From the NCBI GenBank assembly GCA_945862215.1, contig CAMAXY010000001.1:74564-138563 (forward strand): 64,000 bases of DNA, written 5' to 3'. The position numbers were made by a program, and so were the translations under genes. The notes under the pieces were generated by a model. That model made no database searches and was not told the origin of the DNA. It worked only from the letters and a program-made list of their open reading frames with translations. This stretch comes from Singulisphaera sp. GP187 (GTDB lineage Bacteria; Planctomycetota; Phycisphaerae; Phycisphaerales; SM1A02). This document shows positions 37,326 through 46,436 of this stretch, piece by piece. Positions within the stretch are counted from its first letter, which is position 1. The number at the start of each line of letters is the position of its first letter.

Positions 37326-39619
37326 CCAGCAAGAAGTGTCGCAAGATCCAGACCGTCAATAAATCCACTTCCATTGATATCGCCGACGCCAGATCCGCCC
37401 CAATTACCTAAGAGGCTGGTGATATCTGAACCATCGACATACTGATCATTATTGACATCAGCTGGGCAATTCACAACGCAAGAAAGAAGGATCGATCCAG
37501 ATCCTCCCGCAGAAGCACCGCCGACTCGAATGAAATATGAATTCCCAAAGACGGCGTTGAAAGTTGCAGAAGAATTTCCATTGACGCATCCCGTGCCATT
37601 GTCATTGCATCCAGCAACCGCCGAAGAAATTGATGGGCAAATCGTGCTGGCCACATAGGCAACAATTCGAGTGTCGAATGCGGCAAGTCCACAGGTCGAA
37701 ATAGTCGTCAATCCTGTGCATGATGCGACATATTTGAACCAGACATCTTTTGCAACAACGCCGTCACTATTCGCAGTGCAGGAAGTAGGAATTGAAATTT
37801 CTGTGTTTGTTGCATCTGTGCTGTTGAATCCAGTTGTCCCAAGACCGATCGTGATCGCACCCAAGCACTCATCATTTGCCGGAGGCGGTGGTGCAATAAC
37901 TACAAAGACGCTCACGTCGTCGATGTACCAATTGTCGCCTGTGTCATTGCCATCAGTGCGGAAGCGAAGTCGGAACTGATTATGACGAGCGGCAGCAGGG
38001 AGTGAATGGGAATAGTTGGTGAATACGGTTTGGTTTGTTCCGTCTGAAGTCAGGGTATTGAGCGGAGTCCAATCGAGCAAATTGTTGAGATATTCAACAA
38101 TGAGTGTTTCGCCAGCTTCAACGCCGTTTCTTTCAACCTTATATTCCGCAGTCGCAGTGGAAGTTCCTCCGAGCAGAATGAAATTTGTTCGGACTTCGTC
38201 GTCGTCATAAAGTGCCGCCCCAGTTGAATTGAGATTAAGTGAATAGACCGCACTCGGCTCATTCGTGGCATTTGTATTCACAACGCCACCATCGTTGTAA
38301 GTCCATCGAGCCGTAGAAAGAGTTGTGGCCGCAAATGTCTCGGTGAATGGTGGAGTCACGGGAAGTGGGCGCACAAAGTCGCACGCGACAGCATTCAAAT
38401 AGCTAGTCACTTCCGAAAGCGTTAATGGGTCAAATTTCAGATTCGTTCCTGAAATACCGCCACAACCTCCGTTCGACGAGCACATAATGTGACACGCTGC
38501 TGTCCCTTGAGCGTCACAGTGCGACGCATTCCAATTGTGTCCGAGTTCGTGGGCAGAAAGAGAAATACGAGGTGTCAGCAACGTGGTATATCGACTTTCG
38601 ACAACGCCATATTGAGCATTGTTTATGCCGTTGCAGACCACGCCGAGATATGCAAGTCCGATGGTTCCGCCAGAGAAGTTGTAGCCCGAGAACATATGAG
38701 ATATGTCGCGGAAAATTCCAGATTCAGGAGTAGAAGCCCACTTCGTTCCAAATTCCGTAAGTCTTCCATCGATGGTCGTTGAGACATACGGATCATTCAC
38801 ATCAGCGCGAATCACGAGTGTTCCAAGTTGGAAGATGATGTTGACATCTCGGTCGTAGATGACATTGACATTGTTGACGATCAACTCGATGTCGTTAACG
38901 GTGCTTGCAAAATTCGAACCATTCTTGACATAGAACTCGTTGTCTGTTTCGCAGGCTATTTCCACATTAGAAGGAGTTGTTCCTGCAATGCCACCTTCAT
39001 TTCCTGAAGTTCCAGCAGCAATTGCTTGCGAGAGAGGTGAACGATATTTGTCCAGCGGGAAACCAGGTTGGCCAAGCGCACATCCGCGACCATCTGGAAT
39101 TGCATCTGCTGCAGAGTAAGAAACATGCTGTCCATTTCGAGCAAGTTCTGGGCGGAAATCGTTGAGCGGCTGAACGGCCCATGTCGTTTCATCTTCGAGC
39201 TGAATAGTCCCACTGAATCCAGTCGGCAAGAGTGAGCCAGCGACTGAAGTTCCTAGTCGGCCAGCGAGGGTTCCTTTGTAAGTACGAATCGCAGGCGGGG
39301 CAACTTCTGTCAGCACGCCATTACCAGTATCGACCAAGACCTTGAAGTGATCGCCACGAATCGATGCCTTGTCAAGCACAACAGTCGTCGCAACGCCATT
39401 GATCGGCAAAGAAAATTCAATATGCGCAGGAAGATCATTTGGAAGAGTTGGCGTGAAGAGTTGGAAGTGTGAGAGTTCCGCAATGGTTAAGTCGATTGCA
39501 CCAGGCTTTGTTGTCTTCTTTGAAACGTCCGCTCCAGCTTGCAAAGCGCCTAGAGCGATGATTGCGACCAAAGACATGGCGAGGACGCCAGCAGGGCGTC
39601 CGAAGTGTGGGGTGTTCAT
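37307..39619 (-). CDS. secreted metzincin (reprolysin/M12B-like) metalloprotease with Cys-rich module and C-terminal tandem dockerin/EF-hand-like repeats
   Basis: Signal peptide, then the zinc motif HELGHNWNASH (HExxHxxxxxH). This is followed by a PPPPANDEC...CNDNGTGC Cys-rich module. The C-terminus is DVNNDQYVDGSDITSLLGNWG + DINGSGFIDGLDLATLLAGWGNCP. Confidence 0.7.
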   Translation of the reverse strand: MNTPHFGRPAGVLAMSLVAIIALGALQAGADVSKKTTKPGAIDLTIAELSHFQLFTPTLPNDLPAHIEFSLPINGVATTVVLDKASIRGDHFKVLVDTGNGVLTEVAPPAIRTYKGTLAGRLGTSVAGSLLPTGFSGTIQLEDETTWAVQPLNDFRPELARNGQHVSYSAADAIPDGRGCALGQPGFPLDKYRSPLSQAIAAGTSGNEGGIAGTTPSNVEIACETDNEFYVKNGSNFASTVNDIELIVNNVNVIYDRDVNIIFQLGTLVIRADVNDPYVSTTIDGRLTEFGTKWASTPESGIFRDISHMFSGYNFSGGTIGLAYLGVVCNGINNAQYGVVESRYTTLLTPRISLSAHELGHNWNASHCDAQGTAACHIMCSSNGGCGGISGTNLKFDPLTLSEVTSYLNAVACDFVRPLPVTPPFTETFAATTLSTARWTYNDGGVVNTNATNEPSAVYSLNLNSTGAALYDDDEVRTNFILLGGTSTATAEYKVERNGVEAGETLIVEYLNNLLDWTPLNTLTSDGTNQTVFTNYSHSLPAAARHNQFRLRFRTDGNDTGDNWYIDDVSVFVVIAPPPPANDECLGAITIGLGTTGFNSTDATNTEISIPTSCTANSDGVVAKDVWFKYVASCTGLTTISTCGLAAFDTRIVAYVASTICPSISSAVAGCNDNGTGCVNGNSSATFNAVFGNSYFIRVGGASAGGSGSILLSCVVNCPADVNNDQYVDGSDITSLLGNWGGSGVGDINGSGFIDGLDLATLLAGWGNCP

Positions 39620-39625
39620 ATATCA

Positions 39626-39653
39626 AATATAGTTCGAGATTTGGTGCGTGCAA
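39626..39653 (-). promoter_or_regulatory. candidate promoter of the metalloprotease gene (possibly leaderless transcript)
   Basis: The minus strand reads TTGCAC - 16 nt - TATATT - tgatat - ATG. The -10 element ends only 6 nt before the start codon. Confidence 0.3.
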
Positions 39654-39672
39654 TAAAATGTCACTGAATTTT

Positions 39673-39703
39673 AAAAAAACCGCCCGGCGCAAGCCGAGCG
39701 GTT
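39673..39703 (-). terminator. intrinsic terminator downstream of the 39733-41163 gene
   Basis: AACCGCCCGGC-gcaa-GCCGAGCGGTT hairpin (one mismatch). On the minus strand it is followed by a 7-nt U-run. Confidence 0.6.
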
Positions 39704-39732
39704 TATAAAAATATCAAAATGAATTTATAGGC

Positions 39733-41163
39733 TTAAGGATTCCAATTCGCCAGAATGTTCGTAAGGTCAGAACCATCTGCATAACCGTCGGAATTCACGT
39801 CGCCACAGGTCGTTGTTCCCCAACATGCCAGAAACGCACCTAAGTCCAGACCGTTCACAACTCCGTCGCAATTGAGATCAGACGCAGCACATGGAGGTAT
39901 GAAAGGCGTTGGCTTATATCCAAGCACAGAAATGGATGTCGCTGGACTTGCAGTAGTAGCTGGCTTGTAGATGCCAACGGTCAGAATTGAGGAAGCACTT
40001 GTTGGTGCGGTATTTGCATCAAATTCGAAGGTGTGCATGGTATTCCAGCGAATGGAGTGCGCAGCCGATTCGCTTGCTGCGGCGGGGCATGACCAAGTGA
40101 GCACACCATTTGTGTTTGTTGATGTCCATGGAGCATTCGAAGCGGTATCACCCGAATGATTGAATGGGGCAACAGCCGTGATGTTTGTGACAGTCACACT
40201 CGGATCAACGGGCACCGAGAAGTAACTTCCGTTGCGATCGCTGTTGAAGTTCGCAACTGCGTATGCATAGTGATATGTTCCGTTGGCGTTCAAGAACGCA
40301 CGACTTGCAACAATGAATCGTCCGTCGCCAGCGACGTCATAATCGCGAGTCGCAACATCTGTGTGCTGATTCTGCCAATAATAGATCGCAGGAATCATCT
40401 GGACAGTTGCGCCAGTAACAGTCAGGGGGTAACCTTGCGTAGTGGAATAAGTTGAGCCAACGGTGAATGTTCTGTACGAAGCGTTGTTGCCAGAGTTTCC
40501 TGCTGTTGAATCTTGGATCTGAATATACATTCCTTCAACCACATACTTGGCACCAGTGTTGAGAGTTGGATCGAGGTCATTTTTTGGAACGGTGATTCGG
40601 GTGCGAATGGCTGTAGGATATCCAGTTGGAGTTGCAGGGTTTGCATAGGTTCCGGAGTAAACGCCAGTCGCAGCATTGATTCCCCAGCGGGACTTGAGAT
40701 TACTTCCATTGAGGCTCGCTGAGTATGGATCGGAACAGCCAACACCAAGAACCTCTGGGCATCCACCTGGCACTGGAGTGCAGGCTCCGCAGAGATTTTC
40801 CTGAAGGGCGCAGAATCCGTGCTTGACCCAACTCTGTCCGATTTGTTGGATGACTCCATTTTTAACTCGGTAGATTCCTTGAGGTATAACCGGATGTGTC
40901 GTTTGAGGGTTTGGATTCCAAAGCAATTGTTGATTTCCGATGTTGCAACTCGTCGTTCCGACGGAATATGCAACATAAGTGATTCCGCCCCAAATTCCCT
41001 GGCCGTGTCGGAAGAAATCTGGAAGGTTGCCGACGATCACGTCTGGTCCTGCTGCAACTCCACCTTCATTACCGCCACCAGGAAGCGCAATCGCATCCAT
41101 TTGGCCTATGAAAACGGCAAGTCCACCAAGTCCAAGCGCTCCGATGATTGTTCCAATTTTCAC
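39733..41163 (-). CDS. secreted protein of unknown function with C-terminal tandem dockerin/EF-hand-like repeats
   Basis: Signal-like N-terminus (KIGTIIGALGLGGLAVFIG), a conserved-looking Cys-containing core (SWVKHGFCALQENLCGAC..GCSDPYSASLNG), and the C-terminus DLNCDGVVNGLDLGAFLACWG + DVNSDGYADGSDLTNILANWNP. The GTG at 41163 is preferred (GGAG 8 nt upstream); the track start is a TTG at 41169. Confidence 0.6.
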   Translation of the reverse strand: MKIGTIIGALGLGGLAVFIGQMDAIALPGGGNEGGVAAGPDVIVGNLPDFFRHGQGIWGGITYVAYSVGTTSCNIGNQQLLWNPNPQTTHPVIPQGIYRVKNGVIQQIGQSWVKHGFCALQENLCGACTPVPGGCPEVLGVGCSDPYSASLNGSNLKSRWGINAATGVYSGTYANPATPTGYPTAIRTRITVPKNDLDPTLNTGAKYVVEGMYIQIQDSTAGNSGNNASYRTFTVGSTYSTTQGYPLTVTGATVQMIPAIYYWQNQHTDVATRDYDVAGDGRFIVASRAFLNANGTYHYAYAVANFNSDRNGSYFSVPVDPSVTVTNITAVAPFNHSGDTASNAPWTSTNTNGVLTWSCPAAASESAAHSIRWNTMHTFEFDANTAPTSASSILTVGIYKPATTASPATSISVLGYKPTPFIPPCAASDLNCDGVVNGLDLGAFLACWGTTTCGDVNSDGYADGSDLTNILANWNP

Positions 41164-41209
41164 GGTCAATTCTCCAGTTATTAGTCTTTTCGTGGGGTAA
41201 TCAGCATTC

Positions 41210-41227
41210 TTGCATTACACAATGCAA
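41210..41227. promoter_or_regulatory. perfect palindrome, candidate operator
   Basis: TTGCATT-ACAC-AATGCAA lies ~45 nt upstream of the 39733-41163 gene. It overlaps a possible -10 (TGTAAT on the minus strand). Confidence 0.25.
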
Positions 41228-41320
41228 AGCAAAATATAACCAATATAGAATAGCCCCAAAACTGTGAGTGGGCAAAAAAACCTTTTCAAAATAACAAAAT
41301 TATTGGCGGACATGAGGAGC

Positions 41321-41362
41321 CCAAAAAGGAAGAAGCCCACCACCTATAAACAGGTGGTGGGC
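41321..41362 (-). terminator. intrinsic terminator downstream of the PEP-CTERM gene
   Basis: Perfect 11-bp stem GCCCACCACCT-ataaac-AGGTGGTGGGC, followed on the minus strand by the U-rich tract TTCTTCCTTTTT. Confidence 0.55.
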
Positions 41363-41434
41363 TGATATCGCTTCCCAAATTACCTAAGTCGAGACTACTG
41401 TCCGACTTGATACAAGGACTAATCGAATCGAGCC

Positions 41435-42100
41435 TTAGGCGCGACGGCGACGTCCTGTGAGGCCAGCAAGTCCTAGGAGCGCAAGGGCGCCTGGAGTTGG
41501 AAGTCCGATTGTGAAATTTCCACTTCCAGCCAATGCGGTCGTGGTGCTAGATACTTTATAGCCAAGCACGCAAGAGAATGTGGACTCAAGATCTTGTTGT
41601 CCACCATTGCGGACAATCTGCATAACCAACATTCGGTAGCCACCTTGGGTTCCGCCAGCTTGAATGGTGTTCGCAGTTCCTGGGGTTGCATCGAACCAAC
41701 CAGCGTTATATGGAATGAAACTTGCATCTGATGGGGTGAAGCTAGGGTCAAGGCTAGTGTCATTTCCGCCAGATGTTCCAGAGCCAGAAATGGTGACCCA
41801 TGAGTCATTGTTTCGAGCAGCTGTTCCTGAAAGATTAAAATTTGCACTCCAACTTTGACTTGGGTCGCCTGCTGCAGTTTCAGCAGCATCTTGGTGTCGC
41901 GCATTCATTGGCGCGCCAGAGACTGTTTGGAAGTTGTAAACATTCAACGCAACGAAATTACCTGCGTCGACGTTTGCGTAAACTTTGTATGCAATGTTTC
42001 CTTCTGTTGTAGTAGATCTTTCAACTGACCAGCCAGTAAAGCCTGCGCTAGCAGACGAAGAGACGAGCGCAAGCGCTCCGAGTAAAGCAAGAGATTTCAT
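41435..42100 (-). CDS. PEP-CTERM-type sorting-domain protein (secreted, unknown function)
   Basis: Signal peptide MKSLALLGALALVSSSASA when started at M26 of the track ORF. The C-terminus is LPTPGALALLGLAGLTGRRRRA: a P-x-P motif, a TM helix and an Arg cluster. Confidence 0.7.
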   Translation of the reverse strand: MKSLALLGALALVSSSASAGFTGWSVERSTTTEGNIAYKVYANVDAGNFVALNVYNFQTVSGAPMNARHQDAAETAAGDPSQSWSANFNLSGTAARNNDSWVTISGSGTSGGNDTSLDPSFTPSDASFIPYNAGWFDATPGTANTIQAGGTQGGYRMLVMQIVRNGGQQDLESTFSCVLGYKVSSTTTALAGSGNFTIGLPTPGALALLGLAGLTGRRRRA

Positions 42101-42236
42101 TTTTGGGAACCTTTCGAAAAATAGGGAAGCGATACAAGATCGAGACACGTCCCTTTTTCCAGACTCTCCAAACACAAAGTAGTCCCAAAAAATGACTCGT
42201 CAAATTTTGTGGCCAAATATTTAATGAATTTTTCGT

Positions 42237-43862
42237 TTATTCAGCAAAAACCAAGGCTTTAGAAAGCCCGCCCGTCAGCAGAAGCGCCGATGCCGCAGAT
42301 ACTTCAACAAGTGCAGTTTTTCCGACGAATAAAATTGCTTCTTGCTCATTTTTGCATTCAAGTGCAAAAATGAGGTCTCCAGCGGTTCGGCCAATGCACT
42401 GAAATAACCTCGTTTGGGCAGGGGAAGAGGCGCTGGAGGATTGAATTTCCTTGCCCATTACGGTTATCGGGCTCGCATTCGACTTTGCGTTTTTTGCTCT
42501 CTCGAAAGTTCTGACCTCATCAAAGAGCACTTCCACTTGGCGACCGATCCATTCTTTATGAGTCGCATGTGAAACATCGGTCTGAATTGCAAGCAGCCGG
42601 TTGTTTCGAAAGCGCTTCACATCTTCTGGAACATCGTCCTTCAATCGATCGAACGCAGTTGTTCCTGGACGAGGAGAATATTTGAAAATGAAATTGTTCT
42701 TGAATGGAAGTCGCTTGACGAGCGCGCATGTCATCTCGAAATCCTCGTCGGTCTCGGTTGGAAATCCAACGATGAAATCTCCAGCAAGACAGAGGTCTGG
42801 CAACATCACAAGCGCGCGATTTACGAAATCCAAATACTCGCCAACGGTATATCCGCGGTTCATCATTTTCAGAATGCGGTCCGATCCACTTTGCGCAGGT
42901 GCATGCAAATAGCGGCAAATACGCGGAGAATCGCGCATCACACTCAAGATGTCGTCACCGAAGTCGCGAGGATAACTGGTGATGAAACGAAGTCGTTTCA
43001 GAGCTGGCACTTCTTCGTGAATGCGTCGCAGGAGATCTGCGAATGTGGTTGTTCTCTTGCCAGTACTTGCAGCAGAGGAGCGGAATGCAGAGAGACCTGG
43101 GCCAACCTGTGGTGCTTCGCGACCATCAATTGTCACAGCGCTTCCGTGTTGATATCGATAGTGATTGACTGTTTGCCCAAGCAGCGTGATTTCGATCACA
43201 CCTGCATCGACAAGCCGTTTGCATTCGTCAACAATGTGATCGGGCGGGCGATGAACTTCCGCACCTCGTGTGTTTGGAACCACGCAATATGTACAGAATT
43301 TATTACATCCACGGGTGATTCGGACATAGGCGCTGTGCCGCTTGCCGCCGCTGGAATCTGGGTCAAATGCACGGGAAAGATCGAGGTTTTCCAGATTGTC
43401 TTCGGCCGCAGAAAGGGTGATAGATCGGCGACTTCGATTGCCTGCAAGCGCAGTTCGATCTGCAAGGGCGAGGGGTTGCGCAAACTCCAATTCTTGGGCC
43501 GCATTGGATTTTCGAACATTGTCGATCAGTTGGGGCAGGCGGTCGAGTTCTCCAGGACCGCACATGAAGTCGACCTGTGGATGCCTTCGAAAAAGATCCA
43601 GCCCATCGCGTTCTGCCATGCAGCCGATGACGCCTAAAATGAGGTTTTCTCCCGCTCTTTTGCGTGCGCTGATGACTCCGATTCGGCTGTAAGCCTTCTG
43701 CTCGGCTTGTTCTCGAACGGAGCAGGTGTTGTACAGAATGACTGACGCGTCTTCGGGACGAGCGACGAAGCGATATCCAAGTGCACTCAATTGTCCTTGG
43801 ACAAGCTCGCTGTCGAGTTCGTTCATCTGACAGCCAAAAGTTTCGAGATAGACGGGCAACAT
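42237..43862 (-). CDS. miaB: tRNA (N6-isopentenyl adenosine(37)-C2)-methylthiotransferase
   Basis: UPF0004 N-domain (YLETFGCQMNELDSE), radical-SAM CNKFCTYCVVPNTRG, and a C-terminal TRAM-like region that is longer than usual. Confidence 0.85.
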   Translation of the reverse strand: MLPVYLETFGCQMNELDSELVQGQLSALGYRFVARPEDASVILYNTCSVREQAEQKAYSRIGVISARKRAGENLILGVIGCMAERDGLDLFRRHPQVDFMCGPGELDRLPQLIDNVRKSNAAQELEFAQPLALADRTALAGNRSRRSITLSAAEDNLENLDLSRAFDPDSSGGKRHSAYVRITRGCNKFCTYCVVPNTRGAEVHRPPDHIVDECKRLVDAGVIEITLLGQTVNHYRYQHGSAVTIDGREAPQVGPGLSAFRSSAASTGKRTTTFADLLRRIHEEVPALKRLRFITSYPRDFGDDILSVMRDSPRICRYLHAPAQSGSDRILKMMNRGYTVGEYLDFVNRALVMLPDLCLAGDFIVGFPTETDEDFEMTCALVKRLPFKNNFIFKYSPRPGTTAFDRLKDDVPEDVKRFRNNRLLAIQTDVSHATHKEWIGRQVEVLFDEVRTFERAKNAKSNASPITVMGKEIQSSSASSPAQTRLFQCIGRTAGDLIFALECKNEQEAILFVGKTALVEVSAASALLLTGGLSKALVFAE

Positions 43863-43931
43863 TTGAAGGGACGAGAGTACTCAATCGCAGAGCAAACTTT
43901 GTGGGATTTGCAGTCAGATGCCGATAGATAA

Positions 43932-45197
43932 ATGATGTTAAGAGCAGGACAAGGTATCGCTCTCTGTTCGATGTGCCTATTGGTCTTGGGCGTCGTCTTT
44001 GTCAATTCCGCCAGTCTCGATGTCAGCGGCGACAGCAAGACGACCTTTGACGCCATTCTTGGAGGACGAGCGACACTCTTTGCGATTGCTTCTGCTGTGT
44101 GTCTATTGGTCGGCTCGCGATTGCCTGTTGAGAAACTTCAAGCCGCACGGGGTGCTCTCAATCCAATCTGGTGGATCATCGTTGCGATCTTTGCGGGCAT
44201 TGTTCTTGTTCATGTGCCCGGAATTGGTCGCGAGGTCAATGGCGCAAGTCGATGGATCAGTTTGGGGCCTGTGACATTCCAACCCAGTGAGATCGCAAAG
44301 TGGGGAATGCCATTGGTCTTGGCATGGTGGTGCATTCGTCGAGGCGCGAAAATGAAAGGTTTTTGGGGAGGCTTTTTTCCGCCGATCGCTTTCTCAGCAG
44401 TCGTCGCATTGGGGATCGCAGTTGAAGATTTAGGAACCGCGACGCTGATCATGTTGATCGCGTTGATCATTGTTGTTGCAGCTGGTTGCCGATGGTGGCA
44501 CGCTGCATTGTTGGCGCCAATGGCATTGATGGGATTTGTTGGACTGATCATTGTCAGTCCGTATCGCATGAACCGCATCCTTGCATATGTCGATCCATAT
44601 GCAGATTCGCAAGGGATTGGTTATCACATCATTCAGTCGATGGGCGCGATTTCTGGTGGCGGATTGACTGGTCGTGGACTTGGTAACAGCGTGCAAAAAT
44701 TTGGATATTTGCCAGAAGGAACCACGGACTTCATCTATGCAATCATCTGCGAAGAGAGTGGAATGATCGGTGCATTTCTAGTCATTGCGCTCTATGCATT
44801 TCTGCTGTGGTGCGGATGGTTGGTGATCGGTGCAGTGAAAGATCGTTCGGCGGATGGTGGTTTGATGATGCGCGGTGCGGAGCAGGAATCACGGCTCTCG
44901 CCATTTTGTCAACTTGTCGGACTTGGAATCTTGGCGACACTCGGATTTCAAGCACTCATCAATATCTTGGTTGTCACCGGTTTGGCGCCGACGAAAGGCA
45001 TTGCACTTCCGCTGATTTCTCGCGGCGGAACTGGATGGATGTTGACGTGTTTATCTTTGGGCTTGATTATGTCTATGGATCGAAAGATGGCGCGAGAAGA
45101 TGCGCGATCGAAGGTTGAAGATGGTGCAGGTGAGAGCGCGGTTGTAAGAATCGATACGAATGCAATCAGCAGTGTTGATCCGGGAGCGATTGCGTAA
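43932..45197 (+). CDS. ftsW: FtsW/RodA/SpoVE-family peptidoglycan glycosyltransferase (FtsW by context)
   Basis: Polytopic SEDS sequence (FQPSEIAKW.., TDFIYAIICEE, LPLISRGGTG). It lies immediately upstream of murG. Confidence 0.75.
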   Translation: MMLRAGQGIALCSMCLLVLGVVFVNSASLDVSGDSKTTFDAILGGRATLFAIASAVCLLVGSRLPVEKLQAARGALNPIWWIIVAIFAGIVLVHVPGIGREVNGASRWISLGPVTFQPSEIAKWGMPLVLAWWCIRRGAKMKGFWGGFFPPIAFSAVVALGIAVEDLGTATLIMLIALIIVVAAGCRWWHAALLAPMALMGFVGLIIVSPYRMNRILAYVDPYADSQGIGYHIIQSMGAISGGGLTGRGLGNSVQKFGYLPEGTTDFIYAIICEESGMIGAFLVIALYAFLLWCGWLVIGAVKDRSADGGLMMRGAEQESRLSPFCQLVGLGILATLGFQALINILVVTGLAPTKGIALPLISRGGTGWMLTCLSLGLIMSMDRKMAREDARSKVEDGAGESAVVRIDTNAISSVDPGAIA

Positions 45198-45199
45198 GC

Positions 45200-46426
45200 A
45201 TGAGCAGTGCATCACTTCCATTTCCTCACAGGAGCGGGTCTAGGATTCCTAAGAGTTCCAAGATGAATGACGAAACGACAGCAACGGGTTTGCTCGGCCC
45301 AGTGATCATGCTGGCAGGAGGCGGTACGGGAGGACATATTTCTCCTGGGCTTGCCATCGCAGAACGAATTCGAGCTCTTGATCCAACTGCGCGGACGATT
45401 TTTGCATGCTCTGCTCGGCCAATTGATGCATCGATGCTGAGTGAATCCGAAGCAGAGTTCTCGGCGATTCGCGCCGAACCTTTTTCAATGGACCCGCGCC
45501 GCTTGATTCGTTTTCTTGTTGGTCTTCGTCGAGGACGCAAAGATGCTGCTGCTTTGATTCGCAAGTGTCGACCGAGTTGGGTCGTGTCGCTTGGTGGATT
45601 TGTCACACCCCCAGTCGTCGCTGCTGCACGCAATGCTGGCGTTCCAGTCTTGCTGGTCAACTTAGATGCAACCCCTGGACGAGCCAATCGGATGGTCGCA
45701 CGATTTGCGACCCGCACGGTATCTGCCGTCCCTGTGCCAAGCATTCCAAACTTTGCTCGTGAGATCATCGGGATGCCAATTCGCAGAATTGCAATTGCGC
45801 CAGCATCCGCAGAACTTTGTCGTGCGGAATTAGGACTCGATCCCGCTGTGCGCGTGTTGTTGATCACTGGCGCATCGCAGGGCGCGCAGAGTCTGAACGA
45901 ACTTGCGGTGCAATTGGCGCGAGTTCATTCGGATCGATTTCGCGATTGGCAAGTGTTGCATTTATGTGGCGCAAATCCTCTTGGTGGCGTCGCTCGATAC
46001 GAGCGTGCATGGCGAGAATCTGGAGTGCGCGCGGCAGTGATTCCGTTTATGCACCGAATTGGATTGGCGTGGGGCGCTGCGGACTTGGCGCTCAGTCGCG
46101 CTGGAGCAAGTTCGGTCGCAGAAGCGCAAGCAAATCAGATTCCCACAATCTTCGCGCCATATCCCTATCACCAAGATCTACATCAGCGTGAGAATGCGAT
46201 GCCTTTGGTTCTTGCGGGTGCCGCAGCAATGGAATTAGATCAGATTGATGCGGACAAGAACATGACTGGCCTTGGCAATTGCGTGTTGGATTTGATGCAA
46301 TCCGCAGAGAAACGCTATGCAATGCGCAAGGCGCTTCAGTTGATGCCGCCACCAGACAGCGCAGAGCAGATCGCAGAATTTGTTTTGCGGGGAAGAGCGT
46401 TTCGAAGTTCTGTCGCAACGGCGTAA
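45200..46426 (+). CDS. murG: undecaprenyldiphospho-muramoylpentapeptide beta-N-acetylglucosaminyltransferase
   Basis: AGGGTGGHISPGLAIAE N-terminal motif and the C-terminal GASSVAE region. The start may be the ATG at 45263 instead. Confidence 0.85.
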   Translation: MSSASLPFPHRSGSRIPKSSKMNDETTATGLLGPVIMLAGGGTGGHISPGLAIAERIRALDPTARTIFACSARPIDASMLSESEAEFSAIRAEPFSMDPRRLIRFLVGLRRGRKDAAALIRKCRPSWVVSLGGFVTPPVVAAARNAGVPVLLVNLDATPGRANRMVARFATRTVSAVPVPSIPNFAREIIGMPIRRIAIAPASAELCRAELGLDPAVRVLLITGASQGAQSLNELAVQLARVHSDRFRDWQVLHLCGANPLGGVARYERAWRESGVRAAVIPFMHRIGLAWGAADLALSRAGASSVAEAQANQIPTIFAPYPYHQDLHQRENAMPLVLAGAAAMELDQIDADKNMTGLGNCVLDLMQSAEKRYAMRKALQLMPPPDSAEQIAEFVLRGRAFRSSVATA

Positions 46427-46436
46427 TCTCTTCATT

